This document shows, piece after piece, positions 10,451 to 19,505 of a stretch of 64,000 bases of DNA. Location: the NCBI GenBank assembly GCA_024278335.1, contig JAJRTJ010000003.1, positions 165,297 to 229,296 of the forward strand, given 5' to 3'. Each line of letters begins with the position of its first letter. The stretch's first letter is position 1. Position numbers and translations under genes: made by a program. The notes below the pieces were generated by a model. The model did no database searches. It was given only the letters and a program-made list of their open reading frames with translations, and had not been told where the DNA came from. The stretch is from an archaeon (lineage in GTDB: Archaea; Nanobdellota; Nanobdellia; Pacearchaeales; GW2011-AR1).

Positions 10451-10961
10451 CAGCCATTGGAGCTTCTCCTCCGTGCCAGGTTAATCTTGGGCGCATTCTC
10501 ATGGGATAAATTCTTTCAGAATTGTCATCAAGGATTATTGCAGAACCTTTTAATGTTGGAAGTTCGTCCATGTATTTTTTAATCCCTTCTAAAAGATAGC
10601 TTTGCATTATGTAGTTTAGTGCTTGAAGGTCTTGAGCAGAAGTTACTCTGTGTGCTAAGACAATATCTGATTGGGTCATTACATCTGTGTGGATTTTTCC
10701 AGGCTGTTGAGTTGCAAGAACAACTGAAATTCCTGGCTGTCTTCCTTCTCTAAGCAATTGAATTAATGCGTCTGTTGCAATAGTCTTTTTGTCTTTTGGC
10801 AGAAATTCGTGGGCTTCATCTATAAACATCCAGACAAGAGGGTTTTCCTTTTTTTCTTGAGTTCCAGAAAAATCAATCCCAGTTTCAATTGCTTTTATTT
10901 CTTCTTTTTTTCTTGAATCCATTCTTTGATTAAATATCTTTCTTGAAACCAAGCTTATCAC
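10428..10961 (-). CDS. HerA/FtsK-like P-loop ATPase, C-terminal part (Walker B)
   Basis: WMFIDEAHEFLP Walker B and LLREGRQPGISVVLATQQPG. This frame is actually open upstream to about 11195, so the GTG at 10961 is only a track artefact. Confidence 0.7.
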   Translation of the reverse strand: MISLVSRKIFNQRMDSRKKEEIKAIETGIDFSGTQEKKENPLVWMFIDEAHEFLPKDKKTIATDALIQLLREGRQPGISVVLATQQPGKIHTDVMTQSDIVLAHRVTSAQDLQALNYIMQSYLLEGIKKYMDELPTLKGSAIILDDNSERIYPMRMRPRLTWHGGEAPMAVEPEREI

Positions 10962-11155
10962 TAATGCTCTAACATTAAATGTTCCAACAGAATTATAAGT
11001 GCTTAAATCTAAGACAGTTGTTTTTCCTCTAGTAACTAATTTTTTAATCTGCGTTGCCTGGTTTTTTGTATTTGAAAAAATTCCCCATGTTTCTGCTGCT
11101 TCAAATAAGCCTGCTGCGGCATTTTTAATTTCTTGAGGATTTTTATGGTCGTGCT

Positions 11156-11740
11156 CTATTTCTTGGATAATTGTAGAGAGGTTGTAGTCTTTTTTTGGTT
11201 TTTTAATTTTGTAATAATTCTTGAAATTAATACTGCAACTGGGTGGGTCATTTCTAATCCAAAAGTTAATATCCAGTCTCCAGAAGTCATTTCAGTTATA
11301 TCTAATGCAAATGGCTCATCTACAGGAATTCCCTTTTGGGCATATTCTTCAAAGTGCCCTGCAGGAGCAAATACTTTGACAGGAAGACTTTGGGGGGATA
11401 ATTTCCATTCATTAAGCAAACCCCTGTCTTTTTCATTTGGATATTTCATTGTCCAGTAAATCCCCATTGTGTCAAAAATTAAAGATGCAATATTGTCGCT
11501 TGTTTCCTGAGGAAGATTTGTTAGTTCTTCTGCAATTACTCCAAGAGTGTAAGATTTTCCAGAGCCTCTTTTTCCTGCTACAAGAATTACATGGGACCTT
11601 GCTATGTCTAAAAGAAGCCTGTTGCTAAGAGAAGTATATTGGCCCATTTTTACATAACCTTTGCCAATATAAGTTAGTCCTTTTTGCTTTAGGGATTTTT
11701 TATCTGCTTCGTTTCTTCCAATGATTATGTCGTAGGGCAT
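11156..11740 (-). CDS. HerA/FtsK-like P-loop ATPase, N-terminal part (Walker A)
   Basis: HAS-barrel-like N-terminus and Walker A VAGKRGSGKSYT. It ends at a TAG 27 nt after an A7 run where the frame switches to the downstream part. Confidence 0.7.
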   Translation of the reverse strand: MPYDIIIGRNEADKKSLKQKGLTYIGKGYVKMGQYTSLSNRLLLDIARSHVILVAGKRGSGKSYTLGVIAEELTNLPQETSDNIASLIFDTMGIYWTMKYPNEKDRGLLNEWKLSPQSLPVKVFAPAGHFEEYAQKGIPVDEPFALDITEMTSGDWILTFGLEMTHPVAVLISRIITKLKNQKKTTTSLQLSKK

Positions 11741-11847
11741 TTATTCACCTCTTTTATTAATAGTATTGTTTGCTTTTAATTTTAATTGTTTTTGTTTGAA
11801 ACTATTTTCACCAAAATGTTTTTAAACAAGTTTTTTCTAAGCTCAAT

Positions 11848-12804
11848 ATGGAAGAGGATATGGGTCTTGAAAAAATTGAGTCTAAATTGATTAGTAATTT
11901 TAGAAAAAACCCTTGGATTTTATCAACTATTGTTTTAGGAATCATTACTTTAATTCTTTTGCTCACTTCATTTAATCTTGGAGATAGTAACTTTATTTCA
12001 GGAGAGGTTGCTGCAAATAATCTTGTTGATTTTTTAAATACTCGGGCAGATGGGCAAGTTAGTCTTGGAGAAGTTAGTGAAGAAAGTGGTTTATATAAGG
12101 TGGTGGTGGAATATCAAGGAGACTCAATTCCGCTTTATACAACTAAGGACGGGAAATATTTTATTCAGGGTGTTGTGCCTTTAACAGGAGAAGTTATTAA
12201 ACAAAATAGTCAAGATTCTACTCCAAAAGAAGTTCCAAAGTCAGATAAACCTCAAGCAGAGCTTTTTGTTATGACTTACTGCCCTTATGGAACTCAGGCT
12301 GAAAAAGGATTTATTCCATTTATTGAAGCAATGGGAGATTTAATTGATGCTAAAATAAGATTTGTTCATTATTTTATGCATGGAGATGATGAGGAGCAAG
12401 AAACCTATAGGCAGACCTGTATAAGAGAAGAGCAACCTGAAAAGTATTTAACTTATTTAAGAGCTTTTTTAGAAGAAGGAGATTTTAATTATGCTTTAAC
12501 AAAAGCAGGAATTGACAGCGTTAAATTAAATAATTGTATTTCTTCTGGAAAAGGAAAAGAGTATTATGAGCTTGACTCTTCTTTAAGTGAGCAATATGGA
12601 GTAAGAGGAAGTCCTACTTTGGTTGTTAATGGAGTGATTGTTCCAAGTGGGAGGAGTTCTGATGCTTTTCTTCAAACAATTTGCAGTGCATTTAACAACG
12701 CTCCTTCTGAATGCAGTTCTTTAACTCTTAATTCAGAAACTCCTAATCCAATGTGGGGATGGGATAGTTCTACAAATACTGGAACAACTGCGAGCTGCGG
12801 ATGA
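11848..12804 (+). CDS. Membrane-anchored thioredoxin-fold (DsbA-like) thiol-disulfide oxidoreductase
   Basis: N-terminal TM helix, CxxC active site in FVMTYCPYGTQ, and a GSPTLVVNG cis-Pro-type loop. Confidence 0.6.
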   Translation: MEEDMGLEKIESKLISNFRKNPWILSTIVLGIITLILLLTSFNLGDSNFISGEVAANNLVDFLNTRADGQVSLGEVSEESGLYKVVVEYQGDSIPLYTTKDGKYFIQGVVPLTGEVIKQNSQDSTPKEVPKSDKPQAELFVMTYCPYGTQAEKGFIPFIEAMGDLIDAKIRFVHYFMHGDDEEQETYRQTCIREEQPEKYLTYLRAFLEEGDFNYALTKAGIDSVKLNNCISSGKGKEYYELDSSLSEQYGVRGSPTLVVNGVIVPSGRSSDAFLQTICSAFNNAPSECSSLTLNSETPNPMWGWDSSTNTGTTASCG

Positions 12805-13212
12805 GTAGGAGTTAGTAAAAAAATATTTTTCTTCAAATCTTTCTTCTAAATCTTCTAATGTTTCTTTATCTAAAACCCTTTTTTCAAATCTTTTATTTTG
12901 TTTTTGCCTTATTTCCAGATTAGAATTAGTCACCCCCTCCATTATTAGTCTAATGCCCTCTCCGAAAAATAATCCATAGGGAGGATAATTTTTTGAAACA
13001 AAATAATAAAGAGAGACAGCATCAATTAAATTTGGGATAACTTTTCCTACAATAAGACTAATAGCTTCACAGGAATAAGATTGCCTTTTTAAGAGTCTTA
13101 AAATCTCTGGAGGAAAAATAAATTCTTCACTCCAAGCTCTTTCTTGTTTATGTTGTCTGTGTGTTTCTGTTCCTAAAAAATATTCACTCAAAAAGTTTAT
13201 TAGTTTTTTCAT
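12733..13212 (-). CDS. Hypothetical protein
   Basis: 159 aa ORF. Its last 72 nt overlap the convergent DsbA-like gene, so the C-terminal tail is doubtful. Confidence 0.25.
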   Translation of the reverse strand: MKKLINFLSEYFLGTETHRQHKQERAWSEEFIFPPEILRLLKRQSYSCEAISLIVGKVIPNLIDAVSLYYFVSKNYPPYGLFFGEGIRLIMEGVTNSNLEIRQKQNKRFEKRVLDKETLEDLEERFEEKYFFTNSYSSAARSCSSICRTIPSPHWIRSF

Positions 13213-13281
13213 GAGATTTTTGGTTTAGAAGGAATTATAAGTTTTTGTATTGCTGATTAGAGATAAAAGAACTTAAGAAGT

Positions 13282-14451
13282 TTATCCCTTTAGATACTCC
13301 ATCTCTTCTTCAGTGAGTTTAAGCTCTTTTGCAATTTGAGGATTGCTTTTAATAATTTGTTTTATTATTGGGAATTCATGCATTGCTCTTTTTTGGCCAA
13401 CATGAACTATTTGAGCGTATTTAATTGCAATTGATTTCTTTTTTGCAGTTCTTTGATTGTTCATCCAAATTTTTAAAATTCTTGTTGGCTTTTGATATTT
13501 TGTGAATCCTGTTTTGGGAACTTTTTTTGAGGCAGAAATTCCATAACTGAGAAAAATATTTTCATATAATAAAAATCTCCAATATTGTTGTTTGTAAATT
13601 CTTCCCCGGAAGACATCTGTTTTGCTCAATAAATCAAAAGCTCTTTCAAGCTCTTTTCCTGAATATTCCTCTGGGATATTTTTCTCCATCCATAAAATTA
13701 TGTCGTCAGTATGAAGCTTGACGTTGTCAAATATTTTTAAAGTTTCATTGCTTGGCATTGGCTGTAAAACATTTTTCATTGCATTGAAAATATCCACTTC
13801 CTTGTTTCTCTCTGAAAATTCTATTTTAGAGGGGTCTTTCATTTTTGAAGCAGCTTGAGCATCATTTATTGCTGCGCGAAGGTCTCCTTTTGCATTGACT
13901 GCAATTTTTGTTAATACTTCATTTGGAAGAAATTTGTTTTCTTTTCTTAGAATTTCAATTAAGGTTTCTTTAATTGTTCTGTAATCTATTTCCTTTAACT
14001 GAAGATGCTCTGCTTTTGCCCTTAATTTTGCCAGTCGCCTGTCCCATGCGTCATTTGCAGTTATAATAATTGGGTGGGATGTCAGCTCAATTATGGTCAG
14101 GAGCTCTTGAAGCCCCCCTCTATCTACAGTTGAGATTCCATCTACTTCATCTACGAGAATTACCTTTCTATTTTTTACAAGCGATTGCTGTTTTATTGCA
14201 GGATTGAGAATTTCCTGAAGCTTTTTTTTATTTCTTAAATCAGAAGCATTTAGTTCAAACAATTCTGCATTTATTTCTTTTGCAGCTGCAAGAGCAATTG
14301 TTGTCTTTCCAATTCCTGGCGGACCGCTTAGCAAGCATGCTTTTTTTCTTGCTGGAAAATTCAATAAAAATTCTTTTATTTTTTCTACAACTGTTGTTTG
14401 GCCTTTTATTTCAGAAAGATATTTTGGTCTGTGTTTTTCAATCCATGGCAT
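13282..14451 (-). CDS. rfcL: Replication factor C large subunit
   Basis: MPWIEKHRPKYLSEIKGQ, Walker A LSGPPGIGKTT, Walker B ILVDEVDGI. I chose the ATG at 14451, one nt after the rfcS stop. The track ORF extends to 14529. Confidence 0.9.
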   Translation of the reverse strand: MPWIEKHRPKYLSEIKGQTTVVEKIKEFLLNFPARKKACLLSGPPGIGKTTIALAAAKEINAELFELNASDLRNKKKLQEILNPAIKQQSLVKNRKVILVDEVDGISTVDRGGLQELLTIIELTSHPIIITANDAWDRRLAKLRAKAEHLQLKEIDYRTIKETLIEILRKENKFLPNEVLTKIAVNAKGDLRAAINDAQAASKMKDPSKIEFSERNKEVDIFNAMKNVLQPMPSNETLKIFDNVKLHTDDIILWMEKNIPEEYSGKELERAFDLLSKTDVFRGRIYKQQYWRFLLYENIFLSYGISASKKVPKTGFTKYQKPTRILKIWMNNQRTAKKKSIAIKYAQIVHVGQKRAMHEFPIIKQIIKSNPQIAKELKLTEEEMEYLKG

Positions 14452-14452
14452 T

Positions 14453-15415
14453 TTACTCTTTTCCCATACCTGCAAGGACAAAACTTGCGAGAAGGGCTTC
14501 AAGTTGAATAAAAGGGTCAGAGCCTTCAACGATTCTAAATTCTATCTCTCCTGTTTTTTCTGTAAGTCTTACTTTAATATCTGGCTCTATTGGGAGATTC
14601 CAAATTTCTTTTTGAATTGATTTAATTACATCTTGTCCAGAGATAGATTCTTTTAACATTACATCTAAAAGTTTTTCTCGTGCGTTTTGAAAATCTCCAG
14701 ATAATGCATAGTCAAGGACAACCTTGATGTCTTTTGGTTTTGCATTTGAAATTATTGTTGAAACCAAGTCTGGGGTAATATTTGGAGATATTGAAGCAGT
14801 AGACTGCAGGAGGTTTATTGAACGACGGCAGTCGCCTTCGCTTCCTTCATAAAGTGCATCCAAGGCTTCAGGAGTTATTGTTAAATTTTCTTGTGCAGCA
14901 ATTTTCTGTAATAGTTCTGAAATGTCAACTTTTTCTAAAAGTTTGAATCTAAAAATTGCACAACGAGATTGGATTGGGTCAATGATTTTGCTTGAGTAAT
15001 TACAAGACAAGATAAATCTGCACGTTGAAGAATAGTTTTCCATTGTTCTTCTTAGGGCTTGCTGGGCTTCAGGAGTAAGGGCATCTGCTTCATCTAAAAA
15101 AATAACTTTAAATGGAACCTTGCCCATTGCTTTTGTTCTTGCGAAATTTTTGACTTTTTCCCGAACAATATTAATTCCCCTTTCATCTGAAGCATTTAAT
15201 TCTAAATAATTTTCTTTCCAACTATCTTCAAAAAGTTCTTTTACAATTATTAAAGCAAGAGTTGATTTTCCTGTTCCTGCAGGTCCTGCGAAGAGTAGAT
15301 GAGGAATATTTAAAGAGCTTGTTAGGCCTTCTATTCTTTTAACAATATCTTCTTGACCTACAATTTCTGAGAATTTTATTGGACGATATTTTTCAGTCCA
15401 GATTTCACTCACCAT
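14453..15415 (-). CDS. rfcS: Replication factor C small subunit
   Basis: WTEKYRPIKFSEIVGQ, FAGPAGTGKST, IFLDEADALT and the SRC motif (IQSRCAIFRF). GGAGGT lies 5 nt upstream of the ATG. Confidence 0.93.
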   Translation of the reverse strand: MVSEIWTEKYRPIKFSEIVGQEDIVKRIEGLTSSLNIPHLLFAGPAGTGKSTLALIIVKELFEDSWKENYLELNASDERGINIVREKVKNFARTKAMGKVPFKVIFLDEADALTPEAQQALRRTMENYSSTCRFILSCNYSSKIIDPIQSRCAIFRFKLLEKVDISELLQKIAAQENLTITPEALDALYEGSEGDCRRSINLLQSTASISPNITPDLVSTIISNAKPKDIKVVLDYALSGDFQNAREKLLDVMLKESISGQDVIKSIQKEIWNLPIEPDIKVRLTEKTGEIEFRIVEGSDPFIQLEALLASFVLAGMGKE

Positions 15416-15524
15416 TGGGAACCTCCAGCGACCATGGGAAAAAATGCCTCTTTAATTGTCATACTTTATTAGAACCAGAATTGCTTATAAATATTGTTGT
15501 TGAAAATTTGTAGTTTGTTTATGA

Positions 15525-15641
15525 TTATCTTGCTCTTGCTCTCTTTATCTTACGTTTTCTTTTTTCTTTTCTGAGCTTTTTACGCTGCCATTTCCAGCGC
15601 ATTTGCCCTTTCTTTTTCCAACGTCTTGAGCTTCGCTTCAT
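15525..15641 (-). CDS. rpl41e: Ribosomal protein eL41 (L41e)
   Basis: Hand translation gives MKRSSRRWKKKGQMRWKWQRKKLRKEKRKRKIKRARAR (38 aa). The RRWKKKGxMRWKW core is typical of archaeal L41e. Below the ORF-track size cut-off. Confidence 0.75.
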   Translation of the reverse strand: MKRSSRRWKKKGQMRWKWQRKKLRKEKRKRKIKRARAR

Positions 15642-15665
15642 TGTATAAGTTAATTGAGAATTTGG

Positions 15666-15673
15666 TTTTTAAA
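15666..15673 (-). promoter_or_regulatory. TATA-like box for rpl41e
   Basis: Minus-strand TTTAAAAA, 25-32 nt upstream of ATG 15641. Confidence 0.35.
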
Positions 15674-15734
15674 GGTTTTTGTTAAGATTTTCTGCGTGAA
15701 TATTCTCTTTTAATCTTTGGATGTTTTATTCTTC

Positions 15735-16658
15735 TCAGCTGATTTTTTCTAAGGCTTTTTTTGGATTAAAATCATCTCTTTCAGAATCATGTTTTGATGC
15801 TCCTAATTTATGGTCTGTTAAAACCATATAAAAGTGATGGAATCTTCCTGTTAATGGAAGGGGATTTGTATTTCCTTTTTCTACTCCCCCCCTAGTTCTT
15901 AGAGCATTATTTAATGATTTAGCTAATTCATCTCCATTTTTTGCATATATTTCTTTAAATCTTGTTGAAGTTTTTCCAATATCTTTTATTCTATGTGCAT
16001 CTGAATTATGGGTCAGAGGAGCTCTACGTCTTTCACATAATCTTTCTGTTTTTGAGTTTTCTTTTTGAGAAACAGAGGCATTATATTCATAGGCATTGAT
16101 TGTTTCTAGTATTTCCCCAAACGAGATTTTTCCTTTTGCTATTAATCCTCCATGTGAAAAAGGGTGGTCTGATACAAGAGTTATATCCTTATGGGCATTT
16201 GCGTATGTCCTTATTTTCCTAAAAGTTATTTTGTCATGCTGGAGCTGTTCTCCAAAACTTAACCCTATTGGAATTAAAACATGCCCTTCAGGAGTGAATA
16301 ATTCTTCTCCAGGAATAAAAGTAAATATTCTTCCTTGAGGATTTATAACCTGGAGCATTTTTGGGTCTGCATACCATTTCCAATCTTTAGGCAAATCTGC
16401 AGCTTGAGAGGCAATTCTTTCTGGAAGCCAATCATCTTCTGCCCTTGTTAGTCCAAGAATATCTAATTTTGTTTGTTTCATTTGGTAGGTTATTGCTTCT
16501 AGTCCTCTTTTGGATTTTGTTTTTGGATTTCCAATTAAAGGCATGGCTTCCCTATATCGAACATTTGCAGGTTCTCTTGGGTTTGAAAAAACATGGCAGT
16601 GCAAATCTGCTTCTAGTGTTCCGGTTAATTTTTTTGCTTTTGATAGTCTTGTTGCCAT
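15735..16658 (-). CDS. PHP-domain metal-dependent phosphoesterase
   Basis: N-terminal DLHCHVFSN and C-terminal HNSDAH histidine clusters typical of the PHP fold. Confidence 0.55.
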   Translation of the reverse strand: MATRLSKAKKLTGTLEADLHCHVFSNPREPANVRYREAMPLIGNPKTKSKRGLEAITYQMKQTKLDILGLTRAEDDWLPERIASQAADLPKDWKWYADPKMLQVINPQGRIFTFIPGEELFTPEGHVLIPIGLSFGEQLQHDKITFRKIRTYANAHKDITLVSDHPFSHGGLIAKGKISFGEILETINAYEYNASVSQKENSKTERLCERRRAPLTHNSDAHRIKDIGKTSTRFKEIYAKNGDELAKSLNNALRTRGGVEKGNTNPLPLTGRFHHFYMVLTDHKLGASKHDSERDDFNPKKALEKIS

Positions 16659-16709
16659 TTTTGTTTAAATTTTATATTTGAGGGCTTTAAAAGGTTTTTG
16701 TTAAAAATC

Positions 16710-16717
16710 TTTATAAA
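16710..16717 (+). promoter_or_regulatory. TATA box for the intron-containing tRNA
   Basis: TTTATAAA, 30-37 nt upstream of tRNA position 1. Confidence 0.5.
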
Positions 16718-16746
16718 GGATTTTTGTGATTATCTGTTATCGGAAT

Positions 16747-16985
16747 GCCCCGATAGTTCAGTGGCCAAGAACGCCGCCCTCTCAATGATTAGAATAAGGA
16801 ATTTATCAATTTCTTATACGAAATTTTAAGTTCCAGAGAGAGGTGATCTAGTCTCGATGAGAGAAAAGGTCTTTGCATCTCAATGCAGCCGCTCTCAGGA
16901 AGAAGTTCATAGAACTTCTTACTTGCACAGAAAAATCTGTGCCTGGAGAACGGCGGTAACCCGAGTTCAAATCTCGGTCGGGGCG
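16747..16985 (+). tRNA. tRNA-Glu(CUC) with a 166-nt intron at canonical position 37/38
   Basis: Acceptor GCCCCGA/TCGGGGC, D arm GTTC..GAAC, anticodon stem CCGCC/GGCGG, T arm CCGAG TTCAAAT CTCGG. The spliced loop is CTCTCAC. Exons 16747-16784 and 16951-16985 give 73 nt. No CCA is encoded. The isotype call rests on the inferred splice sites. Confidence 0.75.
16785..16950 (+). other. tRNA intron (166 nt)
   Basis: Relaxed bulge-helix-bulge. The 4-bp helix is CTCT (16779-16782) with GGAG (16945-16948). It is flanked by 3-nt bulges CAA (16783-16785) and AAC (16949-16951). Internal hairpins lie at 16874-16887 and 16900-16920. Confidence 0.65.
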
Positions 16986-17050
16986 TTGAGTGTTTTTTCT
17001 TAATTGTTAATCAGAGCGAAATTTATAAACTCCTTTTATTTGTTTAAGAA

Positions 17051-17992
17051 ATGAAAAAAATTAAGAGGCCTAATTTTAGAAAATATTTGAGGCCAATTTT
17101 TGCAGTTTTCTTGTTTTTTCTTATAACACTTTTCTTATATTTAAATTTTAGAACAGGAATTTTTGACAGAGATTACTCTGAAATTAATATTCGTGATTTA
17201 AAAAAATGGAATTATTCTTCCAATAAGATAATCTCTGGAGCAGAAAGTTTTTATTTAAATGGGAGTATGAATGTCTGCTGGATTTTAATACATGGTTATG
17301 GCGCGACCCCCCTTGTGATGAAAGAACTTGCTACAAAAATTAACAGAGATTTTGGTGATTTTATTTATGCTCCAAGATTAAAAGGCCACGGAGCTGTTCC
17401 AGAAAATCTGCTTAATTATTCAATAAAAGATTGGTATTTTCAAGTTGAAAAAAATTTTGAGAACCTGTCTAAAAAATGCAAAACAATAAATTTAGTTGGT
17501 TCGTCTTTTGGAGGGGCGATTGCTTTAAAATTAGCAGAAGAAAAGAAGACGGGGAGAGTTTATCTTGCAAACTCTTTTTTAAGGATTGGGCGTAAATGGT
17601 ATTATCCTCTCTCGGGGGAAGATTCTTTGAGGGTGTTTTCTAAAATATTTCTTTATTCTAAAAAAAGAAAAGTAGCCCAAATTAATTCTCTTTTGGGATT
17701 AAAAAAACATATAGCGTATGTGAATATGCCTTTTCTCCCTATTGTTAATTCTCTTAAATTTATTCGGGATATTGAAAAAAACCTTTTTAAAATAACTGAG
17801 CCTGTTTTTATTTTTCATTCAATTAATGACAGGGTTGCTTGGGTGAAATCTGCTGATTTGATTTATAACAATCTTCAAAGCAGAATTAAAAGGAAAGATT
17901 TATATTTAAAATCAAACCATATACTTTTAATGGATTATGATAAAGAGGAGATTATTGAGAAAATTTTAAAATATGAAAAAGAGTTTAGATAA
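17051..17992 (+). CDS. Membrane-anchored alpha/beta hydrolase (esterase/lipase-like)
   Basis: N-terminal TM helix, HGYG oxyanion region, nucleophile elbow GSSFGG. Confidence 0.6.
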   Translation: MKKIKRPNFRKYLRPIFAVFLFFLITLFLYLNFRTGIFDRDYSEINIRDLKKWNYSSNKIISGAESFYLNGSMNVCWILIHGYGATPLVMKELATKINRDFGDFIYAPRLKGHGAVPENLLNYSIKDWYFQVEKNFENLSKKCKTINLVGSSFGGAIALKLAEEKKTGRVYLANSFLRIGRKWYYPLSGEDSLRVFSKIFLYSKKRKVAQINSLLGLKKHIAYVNMPFLPIVNSLKFIRDIEKNLFKITEPVFIFHSINDRVAWVKSADLIYNNLQSRIKRKDLYLKSNHILLMDYDKEEIIEKILKYEKEFR

Positions 17993-19466
17993 AAAGAAAT
18001 CTCAAAAAAGAGTTTTGAAAAAACAAGAAAATTATCTCTTAAAGCATAAGAAATCTTCTTTGCTGTTCTTGATTTTATTAATAATGGTTGTTGTGGGAGT
18101 TTATAATTATTTTAAACCTCTTCCAGAAGGAATAAGTCTTGAAGGAGAAATTTATAATCTTTCTGACAAGGAGGTTGAATTTTTATATGATTTGACTTAT
18201 GACAACTTTTCTTCTGAAAGGATTTATCAGCAAGAAATTTTTGATCGAATTTTTAAGGCAATTAATAATTCAGAAAGATATGTTTTAATTGATATGTTCT
18301 TGTGGTCTGGGAAAGAAGATGCTTACAGAGATTTAGGAAAAGAGCTTTCTAATGCCTTGATAATAAAGAAAAAAGAAAATCCTTCAATAGAAATTGTAGT
18401 TATAACAGATGCATTTAATACAAATTATAACTCTTTTAATTTAACTTATTTTGATAATTTAAGAAGGAATAATATCTCTGTTGTATTTACTGATTTAGAT
18501 GTTTTAAGAGATAGCAGGCCTATTTATTCTGCTTTTTGGAGGGTGTTTTTTTATCCCTTTGGATATGCAAGCCACGGATGGCTTAAAACTCCCTTCTTTC
18601 ACAAGAAAATTGCAATCAGAAGTTTTTTTAGATTATTAAATTTTAAAGCAAACCATAGAAAGATAGCAATAATGGATTCAGGAGATAAAATGATTTCTTT
18701 TGTTGTTTCTGCTAACCCTAGTGGGTCGAGCTCAAAGCATTCAAATATCGGGTTTTTAATTAAAGACAAAATTTATAAAGATATTTATAAGTCAGAAAAT
18801 GCAGTTTTAAGAATGTCTGGTTTTAAAGAACTGAATTGGAGTTTTGATTTTGTAAATTCTTTAGAAGAAAATAAAAATGTCCAAGTTCAATTTTTAACTG
18901 AAAAGAAAATTAAAGATTCTTTAATAAAAGAAATCGACTCCTCTCAGAAAGGAGACAAAATAAGAATTGCAATGTTTTATTTTTCAGAAAGAGATGTTTT
19001 AAATTCTCTGTTGAGGGCAAATAAAAGAGGGGTTGATATCGAGATTATCTTTGACCCCAGTAAATATGGTTTTGGAAGAGACAAATATGGGATTCCGTCG
19101 AGGATTTCTGCTGAAGAGCTTGTTAAAAAATCAAATGGCAAAATAAAAATTAAATATTATAAAACAAAAGACGAGGAGTTTCACACAAAGTTGGTTTTTA
19201 TAATTAAAAAAGACAAAATCATTATTTTTGGTGGTTCTGCTAATTTAACAAGAAGAAATATAGACAATTATAATCTTGAAGCAGATGTTAAAATTATTAC
19301 TCCCTTAAAAACCAATCTTTCTATGGAAATTCAAGAATATTTTAGAAATTTATGGGAAAATAGAAAAGGAATTTATACAATTGACTTTAACTCTTTTAGA
19401 AAAGCATCTTTATTTAGAAGGACTTTGTCTTGGATTCAGGAGTTTACAGGTTCTGGAACTTTTTAA
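17973..19466 (+). CDS. Phospholipase D / cardiolipin synthase-family protein
   Basis: N-terminal TM helix. First HKD motif NHRKIAIMD. Second partial motif FHTKLVFI...GGSANLTRRN. Confidence 0.75.
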   Translation: MKKSLDKKKSQKRVLKKQENYLLKHKKSSLLFLILLIMVVVGVYNYFKPLPEGISLEGEIYNLSDKEVEFLYDLTYDNFSSERIYQQEIFDRIFKAINNSERYVLIDMFLWSGKEDAYRDLGKELSNALIIKKKENPSIEIVVITDAFNTNYNSFNLTYFDNLRRNNISVVFTDLDVLRDSRPIYSAFWRVFFYPFGYASHGWLKTPFFHKKIAIRSFFRLLNFKANHRKIAIMDSGDKMISFVVSANPSGSSSKHSNIGFLIKDKIYKDIYKSENAVLRMSGFKELNWSFDFVNSLEENKNVQVQFLTEKKIKDSLIKEIDSSQKGDKIRIAMFYFSERDVLNSLLRANKRGVDIEIIFDPSKYGFGRDKYGIPSRISAEELVKKSNGKIKIKYYKTKDEEFHTKLVFIIKKDKIIIFGGSANLTRRNIDNYNLEADVKIITPLKTNLSMEIQEYFRNLWENRKGIYTIDFNSFRKASLFRRTLSWIQEFTGSGTF

Positions 19467-19474
19467 TCATTGGA

Positions 19475-19482
19475 TTTATAAA
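19475..19482 (+). promoter_or_regulatory. TATA box for tRNA-Gln
   Basis: TTTATAAA, 24-31 nt upstream of the tRNA start. Confidence 0.5.
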
Positions 19483-19505
19483 TGGCGGGGATTAATAATT
19501 TTTAA

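Noticed and set aside
14452-14529. A 26-codon N-terminal extension of RFC large subunit overlapping rfcS
   Set aside because: The conserved N-terminus MPWIEKHRPK starts at the ATG at 14451, one nucleotide after the rfcS stop. The extension has no homology-like features and would overlap rfcS by 77 nt.
15416-15475. A 17-codon upstream ORF (MTIKEAFFPMVAGGSQW) overlapping the rfcS start, as a regulatory uORF
   Set aside because: It is very short with no conservation evidence available. The same region is explained more simply as a 5' leader carrying a GGAGGT ribosome-binding site for rfcS.
16785-16950. A C/D box sRNA inside the tRNA intron
   Set aside because: Only partial matches exist: AUGAUUA at the intron 5' end, GUGAUCU and GAUGAGA internally, and CUGU/CUGG rather than CUGA near the 3' end. 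No convincing C/D pairing or guide region could be defined by eye.
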